A stretch of 64,000 nt of DNA from Eledone cirrhosa (GCA_964016885.1 OZ024741.1:90458001-90522000), one strand, 5' to 3'; positions 42,850 to 57,765 are shown, counted from the stretch's first letter. Program-made: numbers and translations. The notes: generated by a model not told the origin, from the letters alone.

Positions 42850-43559
42850 TAGAATGGAAATATAACCTCAAATAATAACTGCTAGGAACCTCACAAATTT
42901 AACGCACCGAAACATACGAGAAGAGCGAGAGAAATAAATAAAAAACAAATGGAAACATAAAACAAAACAAAACAAAAGCGATCACCAATTCACTGCCAAA
43001 TAATTTGAATCGGATGAGACAGAGAGAAAGCAAAGACCCCCCCCCCAAAAAAAAAGAAAAAATAGAGAATATATTTATTTGCCGTTGTGCTGCTAAATGA
43101 TGCCCAAAGCCACTGACCCGCATCTTCGGTCAAGAAGGCGACAGCAACAGGATAATAACATTGACCCCGCATCTTCGGTAAAAGAAGGCACTCGAGCGTC
43201 AGCATACTGCCTGGCAGCCCGAACTGGTAGCAGTTTCATCTCCACCACCATTAACAAGAGGAAGGCAACGACAACAACTGTGACATTAACAACAACAACA
43301 GATATGTATATACATCAACATCTCACCAGCAATCACTACTACTACCATTAACAAAAGGAAGCCAACTCCAGCATCAGTGGCAAGAACAACAACACATATG
43401 TTTTCAGGATTGAATGACTCATCCCCAGCCATAAGATCCTATGAGAAACTGCTAAAAAGCTAGCATGTGAGCGTGCTGAACTCTGGGTCTTTCCGCTGGG
43501 AACAACCCCGTTTTCTCTCTTCCCCCAAGTACATTCATCCATTTGCTAACATTCTACCT

Positions 43560-44405
43560 TCTTGTGTGTCCACTTCCATGCACCCCTTCTTTTCTCTCTT
43601 GTGTTTTGACGCCTCTATATCTGATGTAGGTGAGCTATGAGACCCTCTTACCAGCACTTTCCCTTCCACCCACACACGCCAGCCACTCACCCCTGATTCC
43701 GCTCCAGTGCCCTCGCAGCGTGGAGATCCAAGAACTGCCTCTTCCCCTCGTCTGCCCAGCCACGGTCGTCTGGCACACCACCAGATGAGACAGCGAGCTT
43801 GCCTGACGACCAAGCATCGCTAGTCAACATTGCTCGGCTCAGGCGGCTCCTGAAGATCCCACTCAGGATCCCGAAAGTGGCCCAGGTGCCGGTTCCGATG
43901 CCCTCGCTTCCTCGATTGAGGGCTCCCTGGACTCCAATCGAGCCAGCGACTGGGAGCGACTCTTTTATTTCGTCCCACTCGCCCTCGGCCTCCCCAGCTC
44001 TGGTGCTGACCGAGGCGGCCGGTCGACAGCAGCTTTCGTCAAGGCCAATGTTTCGTGCTTTGGGATCTCAGACCCATACCCCCACCCGACTCCAACTTGC
44101 TCCTTGTGGCTTTCGACGCAGGAGGTGCTGATGGTCTCCGACCAGGCCACCTCAGGGAGTTGTTATCCCTCCTCTCCGCTGAGGCCGACTAGTCTCACTG
44201 CTCTCAGGAAGAAAGAGGGTGGCATACGCCCCATCGCTGTGGGCAATGTCTTCCGGAGGCTGGCTGCCAAGGTGGTCTGCAGGTCCACAACACCCGAACT
44301 GGGTGAGGGGTTCAGTCCGGTGCAACTGGGTGTCGGGGTGTCCGGTGGCTGTGAGGGGGCCGCACATGCAACCAGGCAGTTCCTCAACAGCTGCCCACCG
44401 GAACC
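43560..44405 (+). mobile_element. CRE-like non-LTR retrotransposon fragment (RT N-terminal part)
   Basis: GC-rich island encoding LTALRKKEGGIRPIAVGNVFRRLAAK...PVQLGVGVSGGCEGAAHATR. Confidence 0.75.
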
Positions 44406-45083
44406 ATTTATATTTTTTCCTCAGCTGCGGTTGTCTGTTTCTTTCTTACTGCTTCCCCTCTCTCTGTATCTCTCACCTTCTTTTTACCCCCTCTGAAAGT
44501 CACACTCTTTCAGCTGGGCTCTTCCTCACACTTCCACTCACTCACTCTCTGCTTCTCCCCCTCTCTCACTTCCTCCCGTTTGACCTGTGTGAAATCCTTT
44601 TCTCGCTCACATCTCACCCATGTCGGATGGTCTGTATCTCTCGTCCATGATTTCACCAAGCTTAAGCTTATAGATATCATGTACTTGTCTCTTCCTATCT
44701 TTCCGTTGCAATACCATCTTTGTTTGTTTACATGTCTCGCTCGTTTCACCATATTTCACTTGTCCCAATAACTTTATTTAGTTATTGCTCGCACCAACTA
44801 GAGGTATATGATTTTTAAAGCGATGAAATACCAATGAAGGCTGGAAGATCACTGATGAAGGACTAATTTTATTCATATTCATATATATATATATTATATA
44901 TATGTATATATATATTGTAAAGTTGTATATCTCACTATAAATACATTCATCTTATAAACATCTCCACACAGACACAGACACACAGACACAGACTCACAGA
45001 CACATTCTCTCTCTCTTACATACACACACACATATATATATAAATGTATACATATACGAGTAAATACATATATATATGTATAT

Positions 45084-45127
<44 letters not shown>

Positions 45128-45470
45128 TTATGCATACAAGAATAGTTGAGTATAAGCACACACAAGCACACACGTGTAGTTAGAAAAAATCATATATATT
45201 ATCTCGAAAAAGCCACCGGGGAGTTATCATTTTACAAAAGACAAGCTTGCGTTAGAGTTTGGAAAGAAGTTGAAAAGTCTAGCGAACTGTATTTGTCTGA
45301 AGCTTATAGAAACGACTCGGTTAACAGATGGTTCGTTGTTCGCTAGGTAGGGAGTCTCATAGATATAATCTATTCATTGTAACTAAAATATAAAACATTT
45401 GTCGAGTGCAATCAAGTTCATTAGATTTGTGTAAAACATCTCTAAGTGGGCGGCGCCGAAAGCCAAGTAA

Positions 45471-45584
<114 letters not shown>

Positions 45585-46449
45585 CATACACAAACAAACA
45601 CTGACACACATATGTATATGTATATATTTGTGATAAACTTCTCTCTGTGTGTTCCACCGGAAACGGATTGAAAAGGTCTATAATACAAAGTCGCAGAGGT
45701 GGTTGTGGTGTGTGTGGTGGTTGTGATGGTAGATAAGGAGGAGGAGGAGGAAGAGGAGAAAGGGAAGATAAGCAAAGAAAAAATGTTACAACTTCCAAAA
45801 GAGAGAACCAGAAGTTGATCAAGAGAATTAACGAGTGTGAGATTATGAATTTAAGGTGATGTCCACACATTACACTTTATTGTGGAGTACCATCATCAAC
45901 CTCATTGGCCTACCTCCGCACATTCACCATCTATTTTTTCACCCAAATCTACAAACTCAACAATCTTTGCCTCCCTATAATTTCTGCTCGACACTGCTCC
46001 ACCGAACTAATTTCCCAAAACCCTGATCAATCCTATCATACTAGTGCCTCCCCCTTCCCACATTAGTAATATCAACCACGTACCACGACTCTTTAATACC
46101 TTAGTTCTTCTAATCTTTTTCAACTACTCACTATGGACATCAAATCTCTTTACTTTGTCATCACTTACAATGACGGACTCCTCATCCTCAGATATTCCTC
46201 ACACCGTCGCACTACTCGCTATCCCATCTTTTTCACATGTATAATCTTCAATTGCTTCTGTATCGTGAAAGATGTTACCAGCAGGTTACTGTGGTAGCTA
46301 TGGTAACTAGAATGCGTACCAGCTACGAGAAGTTTTTCGTTAGCTAAATCGAGACTTAAATATTCTCAAAATACATCGGCTTCCCTTTTGAACTATGTGG
46401 TTGCTATTTGCTCCAACGACGCAGAAATTTATTTATAATTTATTACAAC

Positions 46450-47400
46450 AGTAATTTTTAAAAAAGAAGTGTAGATCATTTTTGAACAATGCTCCTTTGC
46501 ATTTCAACAAATTTGGTCCATCATCTCACAAGCTTCTTTATGTCACTAGGAAAAAAATGTTTTCGTCTAAGGACGAGTTACACATACATCGATTCTTTCA
46601 TTTTTTTAGTCCGTGGTAAATCGACGGTCTCTTAATATAGTTTTGACTGAAGCAAATAGATGATATTGTGAAGGAGAAACGTCATGACTATATAGAGGAT
46701 GCTCCGATCGTTCAACTTTCAGTATAAGCAGTAGCACGTTGAGAACAGGTATTTTCCAACAACACAACTCCTTTTGACAGTAGGCCACAGCATTCACTTC
46801 AAATTGTAGCTTTTAGTATGGCACTCGGCATTGATAATGTTCCAAAATTGGACCTTGTGAATATCAAAAACAGAAACACCTCTCAGCATCAATCATCTAT
46901 GTGCTGGTTGAATTTTGAACATTTTTGTGACTTGCTATTGCAAATGTTTGCATTTCTGGAATTTATTTAGTGTATATGTTTCGACGATATTTGCCAGGAA
47001 AGTGTCACATCTATTACTGTAGCGATCCAAAAGTCGTTGGCAGAATCTGAAACGATTTTGTTAGTACAATTTGTTTTTTTTATTATTATTATTAAGATCC
47101 ATCTTTCATAAATTTTATACTAAACCAAGTCTGTCGTAAATGATTGGATGGGCACAGCCACGACAAATTTGCATATTATTTGCTATTTCATCAATATTTT
47201 CCCGTCCGTTTAACAGCACCATCTCATGGTGTTGGATGCTTTCTTGATTCAAATATTTTGAATTTTTTAGTCTATTCGACGACTGTCCGTAATGGCAAAA
47301 AATCAATTGATGGATTATGGTTCGTGATACACTTTCAAAACACAGAAAAAAGGATCACTCAATCCTGGTCGTATTTGATGTAAACAAAACATGAAGCGGC
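46450..47400 (-). mobile_element. Old degenerate mariner relic
   Basis: EHPLYSHDVSPSQYHLF (YSPDLAP-like) and an IDEIA..ICRGCAHPII HTH remnant. Confidence 0.65.
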
Positions 47401-47706
47401 TAGATGTTCTCACCAATAAGATAAAAATCATTATTGCATTGCAGATAATTAACTACTCAGCAGCGTGCAAATGCACGCATATGCGCGCGCACACACACAC
47501 ACACACATATAACCCCTCCCCCACACGTGTCTGTAATATCAATACTGACATTTCCAGTCGTTCAATTTCGCCTAAAGAGAATCGATTAGATTCGAAATAC
47601 ATTGGTACTGGAGTCTTTTTCCAATCTATTTGTACAGTTATTTACTGTATGTTTAGTCTTCTTTATCTTTAGATTAAGATAATCAATTATACACACACAC
47701 GCACAG

Positions 47707-47802
<96 letters not shown>

Positions 47803-47827
47803 TCTCTCTCTCTCGCTCTCTATCTCT

Positions 47828-47891
<64 letters not shown>

Positions 47892-48062
47892 GAAGTAATT
47901 CCGTCGGAAAGGTCCAGGAAAAAAGAGTGCTCTATGTGGGTTACAGAGCTTAATAGTTATGTAATAAATAGGATTTTTTCATTCTGATGATTGAAAGCAA
48001 AATTTGTTTGCTTTCAAGAAACCACTGGTAAATGAAATAATTACCTTATGTTGTTTATTACA

Positions 48063-48142
<80 letters not shown>

Positions 48143-48147
48143 ATAAG

Positions 48148-48231
<84 letters not shown>

Positions 48232-48420
48232 AGAAAATGCGTAGTAGTTGCAGATGTTAAAGTTCTTTATTGATAAGGCTGTGCCATGATCTCTTCAGGC
48301 AGCTTCATTAGATAATAAGGTCACGTTCTGGAGGCATTCCAAACTAAAACAAAGGAACAGACAAAGATGATGTTTGTATTCCCTTCGCCCTTTCCTTTGT
48401 GAGCCCTAATTCCTCTCCAC

Positions 48421-48461
<41 letters not shown>

Positions 48462-48462
<1 letters not shown>

Positions 48463-48620
48463 GTGGTTACACAACAGTTAGTTCACCCTACCGAGAACAA
48501 TTGTTTCACCTTAGCGGATCCTCAGCTCGTAATGGATATGGTTATACGGAACAGGAAGGACAACCGCTGATGTGAAACAATTGTTCTCGGTATGGTGAAC
48601 TAACTGTTGTGTAACCACTA
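48462..48620. repeat. Short fold-back element
   Basis: 48462-48509 is inverted at 48572-48620, next to (TA)n. Confidence 0.8.
48492..48529 (-). ncRNA. Minimal hammerhead ribozyme (CUGAGGA core)
   Basis: CGAG-CUGAGGA-UCC(GCUAA)GGU-GAAA-CAAUUG-UU-CUCG, with palindromic ACAAUUGU stem III. Confidence 0.7.
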
Positions 48621-48690
48621 CTAACTAACTCGTCCAATGGACTGAGTGCTCTACCACTACGGATATTACCTTCCAGTGTACTACCCCCCC

Positions 48691-48736
<46 letters not shown>

Positions 48737-49689
48737 GTTAATGTTAGTAAGTTTTGCCCCAAGAAAAATATAAACATCGGCGTGAAAGGAGATTAGGAAT
48801 TTATTTGCTTTAAGATATGTTTCTGTGTCAATTATAATCGTCTACATATGCTGACTACAATATATATTATTCAATCATATGCATTACTTAATTATTTATC
48901 ACACTTCATTATGCTATACCATTCAAAGGATACCGTCGAGTCAAACTCTCTGATAAGCAGGTTTCTTGTTTAAGCATTCATTCCTGATATATATAAACAA
49001 AACCTTATCTAACTTCACCCCACGCCACATGTATATATGTATGCATATATATATATATTTATTTATAGTTCCCTACCATATCTTTTCATATTTCGGTAGA
49101 GTAAGCAGTCACGGATTTCGTTTTATTTTATCTCACGGGAGTTAGCTACAGACGCAGGCGAGCCTGAACAAAATATACAGATGTTAACGCGAGTAATAGA
49201 TCACATGATATGTGCCCCAATACAGGGGCAGATTAAGTCACGATGTAAAGTAGGCTGGTCAGCGTTTACTACGACCTAGTTCCAATGGATAACTTGATGA
49301 GATATTTCACATGTAAAATATATAAAGAAAGAGAAATAACGTCTATGGCATCGACACCTTTTCTTATGGTATGTTTTGTATAATAGGATTGAATTGATGT
49401 TTAAATCTAGCATATGGTTTCAGCTTAATACTTTAACAGTATAAAAGTACGTTTTTGATTAAAATCCTCTTATATTGTTTTTGTTTTTGTTTTAAGATAG
49501 AGCACAAACGACTTGTAATTTTTGGGTAATTATGGAGCAATAAGTGGTATGACCGTTCAATATTCCAAAGCATTAGAGAAAAAGGTTAACTGAAATGCCT
49601 GGAAGCAAAACAATTGTATTGCTGATTTGATTGATTGATAGAGATGTAAGAGAGGTATTTAGACAACTAATATTTCTAATTTTTACAGG

Positions 49690-49910
49690 GGGTGGTGGAT
49701 TGGTAGAATTGGTAGAGCGTCAGATAAAATGTCATTAGGGTATTTGTCTGGCTTTTTACATTTTGAGTTCAGATCCCACCAAGTGCAACTTTGCGTTTCG
49801 TATTTCCGGAATCGATAACATAAAGCACCAGTCAAATACTAGAGTTGATTCGATGATTTTTTGCCCTTCCCCAAATTTACTGGCATTGCGTCTAACTTAG
49901 AAATCAATAT
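49690..49910 (+). mobile_element. tRNA-derived SINE, diverged
   Basis: GGTGGTGGATTGGTAGAATTGGTAGAGCG..GAGTTCAGATCCC plus core. Confidence 0.7.
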
Positions 49911-50529
49911 TTCTAATTCAGCAGGAGAAATATTTTGGAATCTATTGATAAAATGTTCTTGTAGGTTTAATGATGCCACACATGTAGAGACTGACAGGAA
50001 GTATTGGGGAAATCTTCCCAGTAAAATAGACGATAAACAAACAACAACAAAATAAACTGTTAAAACATGACCAGACTGTTACAGATAGATAAGTAAACAT
50101 TAAGTGAAAATTGTGGGATTATAACGAAGTTGACACAAAGAAACTGTTTTACAAATGAGAAAATGTCCTGGGAAATATGGTAGCTGAATGACTGACTTAT
50201 TTTAATTCCAGGAAAGTTTTTTTTAAAACTTACTCCACCCTTAGTATTTATAGAGAAAATGTTTTGCTGAAACCAGAATAAAAAAAGTATGGAAGCGGGA
50301 AAGGAGTGAAGTATAATATATGTTTTGAAAGATACTTCTGCACATTTTCTTATACATTTTGTATTTTCTAACAAAGTTGAAATTACTGATAAAACTAATA
50401 TCTCATGAGCAATAAATATCGAAGATTTTAAAATGAAACGAAAAGGTGCTTTTAGTGCAGTCCACCCTGTGAAAGTGAGTGAGAGAGAGAGAGAGAGGGA
50501 GAGGGGTGTGGATGACTACTGGACGGCTA

Positions 50530-50652
50530 TTTCTTTTATCGATATCGAAAGGATGAAAAGAAAAGTTAACCTCGGCGGGATTTGAACTTTGAATGAAAAG
50601 AGCAGAAACAAATTTCACTAAGCGTTTTATCCGATGTTGCCATCCACCGCCG
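50530..50652 (-). mobile_element. tRNA-derived SINE, partial
   Basis: GGATGAAAAGAAAAGTTAACCTCGGCGGGATTTGAAC. Confidence 0.7.
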
Positions 50653-53600
50653 TTATTAGATCAGGATTATACAGTATATAAAGAATGTGGTAATGACCAT
50701 ACAATACATGCACAATGTACACTAAATATCCTAATGACGATACAATGCACACGGAATGTGCTGATGATTATATATTACATCGGTTGTGATAATAACCATG
50801 TATTATGCATATACTATAGTAATGTTTATACAGTACACACAATGTGTTAATGATTTTACAATATACAGGTTGAGGTAATGGCTATAAAATGCATTATAAA
50901 ATACACACATAATGTAAAAACGATTAAAAAGTATCTACAGGGTATAGTTATGCCTAGAGAATATACCTAGAATTTTGTAAGGATCACACAGATACGGTGG
51001 GATTATCATTACACAATGGAACATTTTATTTTAAATTTCCCATTTCTTATTTTCTAACATGGTTATAATATTTTTAGAAGACTACTTCAAGAAATTATAT
51101 ATTTCAGCACACACACACACACACAAACACTTTTATATTTACACAAAGAATATTCTGTATTTATATTCCATATATATAAACATTTATTGTAACAAATCTT
51201 TTACATATGTAGAAAGTAAGACATACACTCTTAACTTTATTTGTTGCAAGAGAAATAATATTTATTATCTAATTTGATATGAAGAAAGGGAAGACACTTA
51301 AATATACATTCACACGTGCACAAGCACAAACATACTCCCATACACATACACACATAGACAAAAACACTTGCACGGGCGTTTACAGCAACATTAAGTATGT
51401 CTACATGCATACACGCATACAGACACAAAGGCTTACATAGACTTAACGACCATTTTATTACTTGCAGTTCGTCATTGACCAGTTTATTACTATTAAGGGA
51501 ACTAGGTCAGTCATGCTGATTGTGAGTCATGTAGGTGGGGTTTGCATAAAGCAGGTAGATAGGCGTGGATAGATTAAGTCACTGTTCTCTAAAAATGGGT
51601 AAAATTAGTGTTAATTGACAAAGAGCCTGATAAGGATAAGATCACCGAGAGTAAGAACCTCTGTTCCCATAAATATTATCCATGATGTTTGGTGTTTTTT
51701 GGAGAATGGTACCACATACATATTCTCAAGGTTTTACTTCTCCATAGATATATGTCTATTGTTTCCAGAGAATAGTACAACCAACATAATGTTTTATAAT
51801 GATAATCTCAACTATGTTCCATGTTTTGTTCATATTTGTTTATCATACTGCATGTTAAAAAACCAGTTCCTTCGCGTGAGAATCTGCAGACGAGAAACAC
51901 CAACTTATTGGTGTTTTTCATCTCCAGATTCCAAATATGGAATCCAATATGAAAAACACTTACATGGCATCTTAAGGTACTCTGCAAAATTGAAGAACGG
52001 TGTCTCAAAACTACAGATAGTTTATTTTGAAGATAATTAGTTATTTTTGTTCAAACCTGATCAAGGTAACCTATGAGCAAAACGATCCCAAGCATGTTTT
52101 AGGGATATCTAGGATTGTTAACTGATATAAATGCGGCGTATTGACACTGCTGTTAGAACATCGGAGTAAATGTCATGCAGTATGTACTCCAGTTCTCTGC
52201 TCCGTGAGTTCAAATCGCGCTGAAGTGAACTTAACGTTTATATTTTTCAGGGTCAATAAATAAAGTAACAGTTCAGAGCACTGGGTTGGTGGAATTCTTA
52301 GAGAATCGAATGTGATGCCTTGTGATAGCAGTTCTAGCACTGTACGATCTGAGTTCAAATTCTGCCTCGTGTTATAGGAAAAAACGATAAAAAAAATAGA
52401 ATTGAGACGCCTAACGAGCCTCCCATGAGATATAAACTGAAAAACCTATGTAGGTCCGAATTGTAAAAACAAAGCATTATGCAGTATGTCCTTTTCATTT
52501 TTAATGTGGAGAATTGGCTGTTTTTTCTAGCAAGTCAAAAGCTCCTATTGCAGCTGATGATGACACTATTTGACTCCATTCATGAGTTCTAGAACAGGAG
52601 CAAGCATTGTTGCTTCATACTTTAGACAGACACTGTCTGTATTGAGACGAGCTGTAGATATTATTACACATCAGTATGTTTTTGTTGTGGCATGTGTACT
52701 ATTTCTATGTTGAAACTATGTCATTCTATTTATGTCATTAGTTGCTCTTGAGGAAACGTCGTTAGTCATAGCTTCTATTCTAATATAAGTAAAGACGTAG
52801 TCGCGTGGCTAAGAAATGTCATCGAAACCGAGTAGAGAGACACTGTGTGGAAGCCCAATTTACTGTACTGTTCCTTGAGTTGGAGATTTCATCCGTTACC
52901 TTGTTTTTCTTCTCTCCATTTACTAAACCATGCAAACTTACCTGAAATATTTGAAACCGCATGTCTATTTAAAACAACCTTCATTTTTCTTACGTAGCAA
53001 GATTTAGAACGAATACTTATATGACGTCAAGTTTATAGAAAGCCAACCTTGTACTACAGGCTCAATTCCCAGTTAAATAATTTTAGTTCACTTGCTATGT
53101 TTCCAGCTGCATTAGAGAGTGATATGATTTCCCAACGGCAGACTGATAGATATTTGACACCAGACTAACTTTTTCCATCAGCCTGCCTTTGGACACTAGA
53201 TTCCAGACACATTACATAAATATAAATTATTCTGTATTGTTCCAACGAACCATTATGGCAACAATATACTTGACGTTCAGTAATGCTCAGCGTTACTTTT
53301 TTTTAATTTGATTAATTTAAATATTTGATTTAAGCAATTCTCAACGATCTATTCTCAGCTGAATACTTTCCACTTTCGCCTATAAATGCAATTGGAGAAA
53401 TAGTAGTTATGGACACGGCACTTGGACATTAGAATTTTATTGTCTGAAATTATCCTAACTACAGTTTTCGAAAGATTGCTCCAGATTCTGATGGTTGAAT
53501 ATAGGAAGCGTCTGTGAATAGTATGGTTCTTGCTTTCGTGCAATGAGCGAACGTGCCAGACATAACGTTTCTATGTTTGCTGCAACATTTTGTAGTGGTA

Positions 53601-54486
53601 ACATAGCTGTGAGGTCGGAATAGGTTATAGCTGCTACACATTTGAAATATTTGCTATAACTTGTTCATGACCTGTTCTTAGTTGCCTTGGATCTACCAGT
53701 ATCAAAGATCCTGACATACATTCGTTCAAGTAAACTAAGTTGGTTATAACATTCATCACGGAAAGATTGTATCACTTTTCGGTGAATCGAACTTGTCTCT
53801 TGACATCATTCTATTCTTACACTATTAAACAAAACATGGAGTTATCTATGCAAAGAACAATTATTATAATATCTAACGATACGATAAACTAGTTCACAAT
53901 GTCCTTGCATTACATTAATATTTTCTAGTAAAACGTTAATCAAGCCAAATATTAATAACAAATTGAGCATTAGTAAATTAGAAAGTTATTATGGGCAAAC
54001 TTTTGACACATACAATTTCAACGGTGTTTTCAGGAGACTTTGCTTGCAATTTCATGTCTAGTTCTTGTATATATATACATTTGTTTTTATCTACATTAAT
54101 CTTTCCATTAAGCAAGCACACTGTTTGATATTTATGACCATTTCCTTGAAAGCAATCTACAGAGTAAGAAATAGATGCCAAACAGAGGTGATGGGGGAGA
54201 ATAAATCCGATTTTCAGTAGCTATTCCCAACTAAATATTGCATCCAATGGTTAAAACTTTCCCCATAAAACATAACTGCTGACATGAGTGTTTACGGTCG
54301 AAAAGCTTCATAGGAGAGATAAAGATGTTTGTTATTAACTATCACGTGCTGCATCTACTTCACATCTGCTCTAATCAAATTACATAGAAAGTTGCGTCAC
54401 CGCACGAAAAAAGATATAGGTCGAATGAAGGCTGCTGCTGAAACTGCACTTTCTGCCTTGGTTCAACATTATCTCTCTGTCTATAA

Positions 54487-54553
<67 letters not shown>

Positions 54554-54939
54554 GTGTGTGTGTATGTTTGTTTATATATATATATATATATATAAATACA
54601 CATATGTGTGTCTGTATAATATTAAGCAATACGAGAATAAGAAAAAAACAAGGTAAAGTAGTTAATTTTTCCGCTGTTTTACAGTCGTTTCAGAAAGCAA
54701 AATTAGTGACGAGCAGACGAATGGAGTGATGTTATACAACTGTCATGAAAAGGCACATCTACTCTGCTGTCTATCCTCAGAAAGCGTATATATATTCAAT
54801 CCATTCAACCCAGGACCTTTTACCTCCTATAGGAGGAATCCCTCCCTGGTTGACCTCCACCGTTTTCTGTTTTTGGTTTTGGTCATGTCAGGGGTGTAAT
54901 CGTAATCACCACGCTCGGCCAATTGTGGGTTGGTGAGGT

Positions 54940-55065
54940 TATTTAACCCATAGCTGGGTAAACTCATTTCTACAGCTGAGTGAACTGGAGTAACTTGAAA
55001 TAAAGTGTTTTGCTCAAGAACACAACACAAAGCCCGGTCCGATAATCGAACTCACAACTTTATGA
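54940..55065 (-). mobile_element. Second SINE family (related pieces ~39550-39620 and ~55365-55500)
   Basis: Reverse complement reads GAGTTCGATT..TGTGTTCTTGAGCAAAACACTTTATTTCA..CCAGTTCACTCAGCTG. Confidence 0.6.
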
Positions 55066-55066
55066 T

Positions 55067-55139
<73 letters not shown>

Positions 55140-55189
55140 TATATATATAATATATATATATATATAATATATATATATATATAATATAT

Positions 55190-55267
<78 letters not shown>

Positions 55268-56080
55268 TATATATATATATATATTTATATACAGTTGGTA
55301 TACACCTATTTAAGGTATGTATGTTTTTGTGTGCGCGAGTATATATGTATATATGTAAAGGCACATTGTAACATTGGGTAAGACACTTTATTTCATGTTG
55401 TTCCAGTCCATTTAGCTGGCAATACTAAGTTGTCTGTGGAATGCTCAGCCACGTGAATTTTAATTTCACGATTAGGCAGTTTCGTTGATTGATTCAACTG
55501 GAGCAAACGTCGGAAACGACAGAGGTCCAACAAAACACACACACACACACACATATATATATATCCATATATATATATATGTGTGTGTGTGTGAGTATAT
55601 GAGTATATACATATATATATATATACTCATATACTCATACGCACCCCTCTATCTATCTCTCTCTCTCTCTGTCACACACACACAAGCACACGTACATAAA
55701 AGAGTTGATGTTATGTAAAGTAGAGACTGCTATAGCTTCTTCATATCTGATATCATGTTCAGGATCTACCACGAACAACTATAATAACAAAAGATAAAGA
55801 TAAATGCACAGATATATTCAATATTAATTTCTGCCAACATTTTATCTCATGAAAGCTAGTTTATATAACTGAAGCGGACAGAACCCTTTCTCTATTTTAA
55901 GTGCTAAATAATAAGTAAAAAGGTGCTGTAATGGTATTTCCGATGAAAAATAAAATTCATTGTTTGTTAAATAAATAAAACAATGAATAAAACAACTCCT
56001 TAGAAGAGTAGTTAAATCAGGATGGGAACTGGCTAACATAGATTTCTCAAGGATATAAATAGGGAGTTGAATTCCCCACC

Positions 56081-56120
<40 letters not shown>

Positions 56121-56162
56121 ATAATTGTTTCTACATTTGGCACAAGGCCAGCAATTATCCCA

Positions 56163-56209
<47 letters not shown>

Positions 56210-56212
<3 letters not shown>

Positions 56213-57480
56213 TGAAACAAAATGAAAACGAAATTTCATTTCTCACTCTTAGTATGGCACTTACAGATGGGTAAACGGTGCTGATGATAGCTAACAAGCT
56301 TGAAACTAGTACATCGTTCCTGTGTCAGTGTTGAACAAAAAGGTGACGTGGTTGCCTTAACACCGTATGGCATAAATTCAGGCTGTTCAGTTTGTTTACA
56401 AACGAACAAAGCGACGTTAGCGCCGCTAAACTGATACGTGCATATATGTATGTGTACCTGTATGCATATGTATGTATATATGTATATATATATATATATG
56501 TGCATGCTACTGTACGTCTGTATACATATATGTATGTACGTATACATGCATACTTACATTTAAGTAAGTGCCATACTAAGAGTGAGAAATGAAATTTCGT
56601 TTTCATTTTGTTTCAATTTATCGTTTTCGGTATGCCTGACCGATTTAACTCACTCAATATGCAAATTAGGCTGCTCAGCCGTTAATTTTCATAAGGAAAG
56701 TATATACTTTCGAACGTTCAACTATCTGGCAGATGGGTAAACGGTGCTGATGATAGCTAACAAGCTTGAAACTAGTACATCGTTCCTGTGTCAGTGTTGA
56801 ACAAAAAGGTGACGTGGTTGCCTTAACACCGTATGGCATAAATTCAGGCTGTTCAGTTTGTTTACAAACGAACAAAGCGACGTTAGCGCCGCTAAACTGA
56901 TACGTGCATATATGTATGTGTACCTGTATGTATATATGTATATATATATATATATATGTGCATGCTACTGTACGTCTGTATACATATATGTATGTACGTA
57001 TACATGCATACTTACATTTAAGTAAGTGCCATACTAAGAGTGAGAAATGAAATTTCGTTTTCATTTTGTTTCAATTTATCGTTTTCGGTATGCCTGACCG
57101 ATTTAACTCACTCAATATGCAAATTAGGCTGCTCAGCCGTTAATTTTCATAAGGAAAGTATATACTTTCGAACGTTCAACTATCTGGCAGATGGGTAAAC
57201 GGTGCTGATGATAGCTAACAAGCTTGAAACTAGTACATCGTTCCTGTGTCAGTGTTGAACAAAAAGGTGACGTGGTTGCCTTAACACCGTATGGCATAAA
57301 TTCAGGCTGTTCAGTTTGTTTACAAACGAACAAAGCGACGTTAGCGCCGCTAAACTGATACGTGCATATATGTATGTGTACCTGTATGCATATGTATGTA
57401 TTTATGTATATATATATATATATATGTGCATGCTACTGTACGTCTGTATACATATATGTATGTACGTATACATGCATACT

Positions 57481-57485
<5 letters not shown>
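56210..57485 (+). mobile_element. Tandem array of ~460-bp HHR-bearing units (~2.7 copies) with an inverted 5' stub
   Basis: HHR cores at 56281, 56747 and 57205 (periods 466 and 458). 56210-56263 is the reverse complement of 56566-56619. Flanked by (TA)n. Confidence 0.88.
56274..57242 (+). ncRNA. Three type I hammerhead ribozymes (56274-56318, 56740-56784, 57198-57242)
   Basis: AACGGUG-CUGAUGA-UAGCU(AACA)AGCUU-GAAA-CUAG-UA-CAUCGUU: 7-bp stem I, palindromic ACUAGU, GUA triplet. Confidence 0.88.
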
Positions 57486-57514
<29 letters not shown>

Positions 57515-57516
<2 letters not shown>

Positions 57517-57765
57517 AACTCAGATCATAAATGGACGTAATTCTATGCTTCAAAGCATGGTGTCCGACTCTCTACTGATACTGCCAATCCACAGGCCAGC
57601 AATTTTGGGAGGAGGGGGAAGTCGATTAAATCGAACCCAGTGCGTGACTGCTACTTTATTTTATCGACCCCGTAAGGATGAACGGCAAAGTTAACCTCTG
57701 CGGAGGGATTTGAACACAGCTGCAAAGCATGGCGTCTGACCCTCTACGGATACTGCCAATCTATG
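57515..57765 (-). mobile_element. tRNA-derived SINE pieces (two adjacent)
   Basis: GCATGGCGTCTGACCCTCTAC..ATACTGCCAATC heads and core. Confidence 0.75.
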
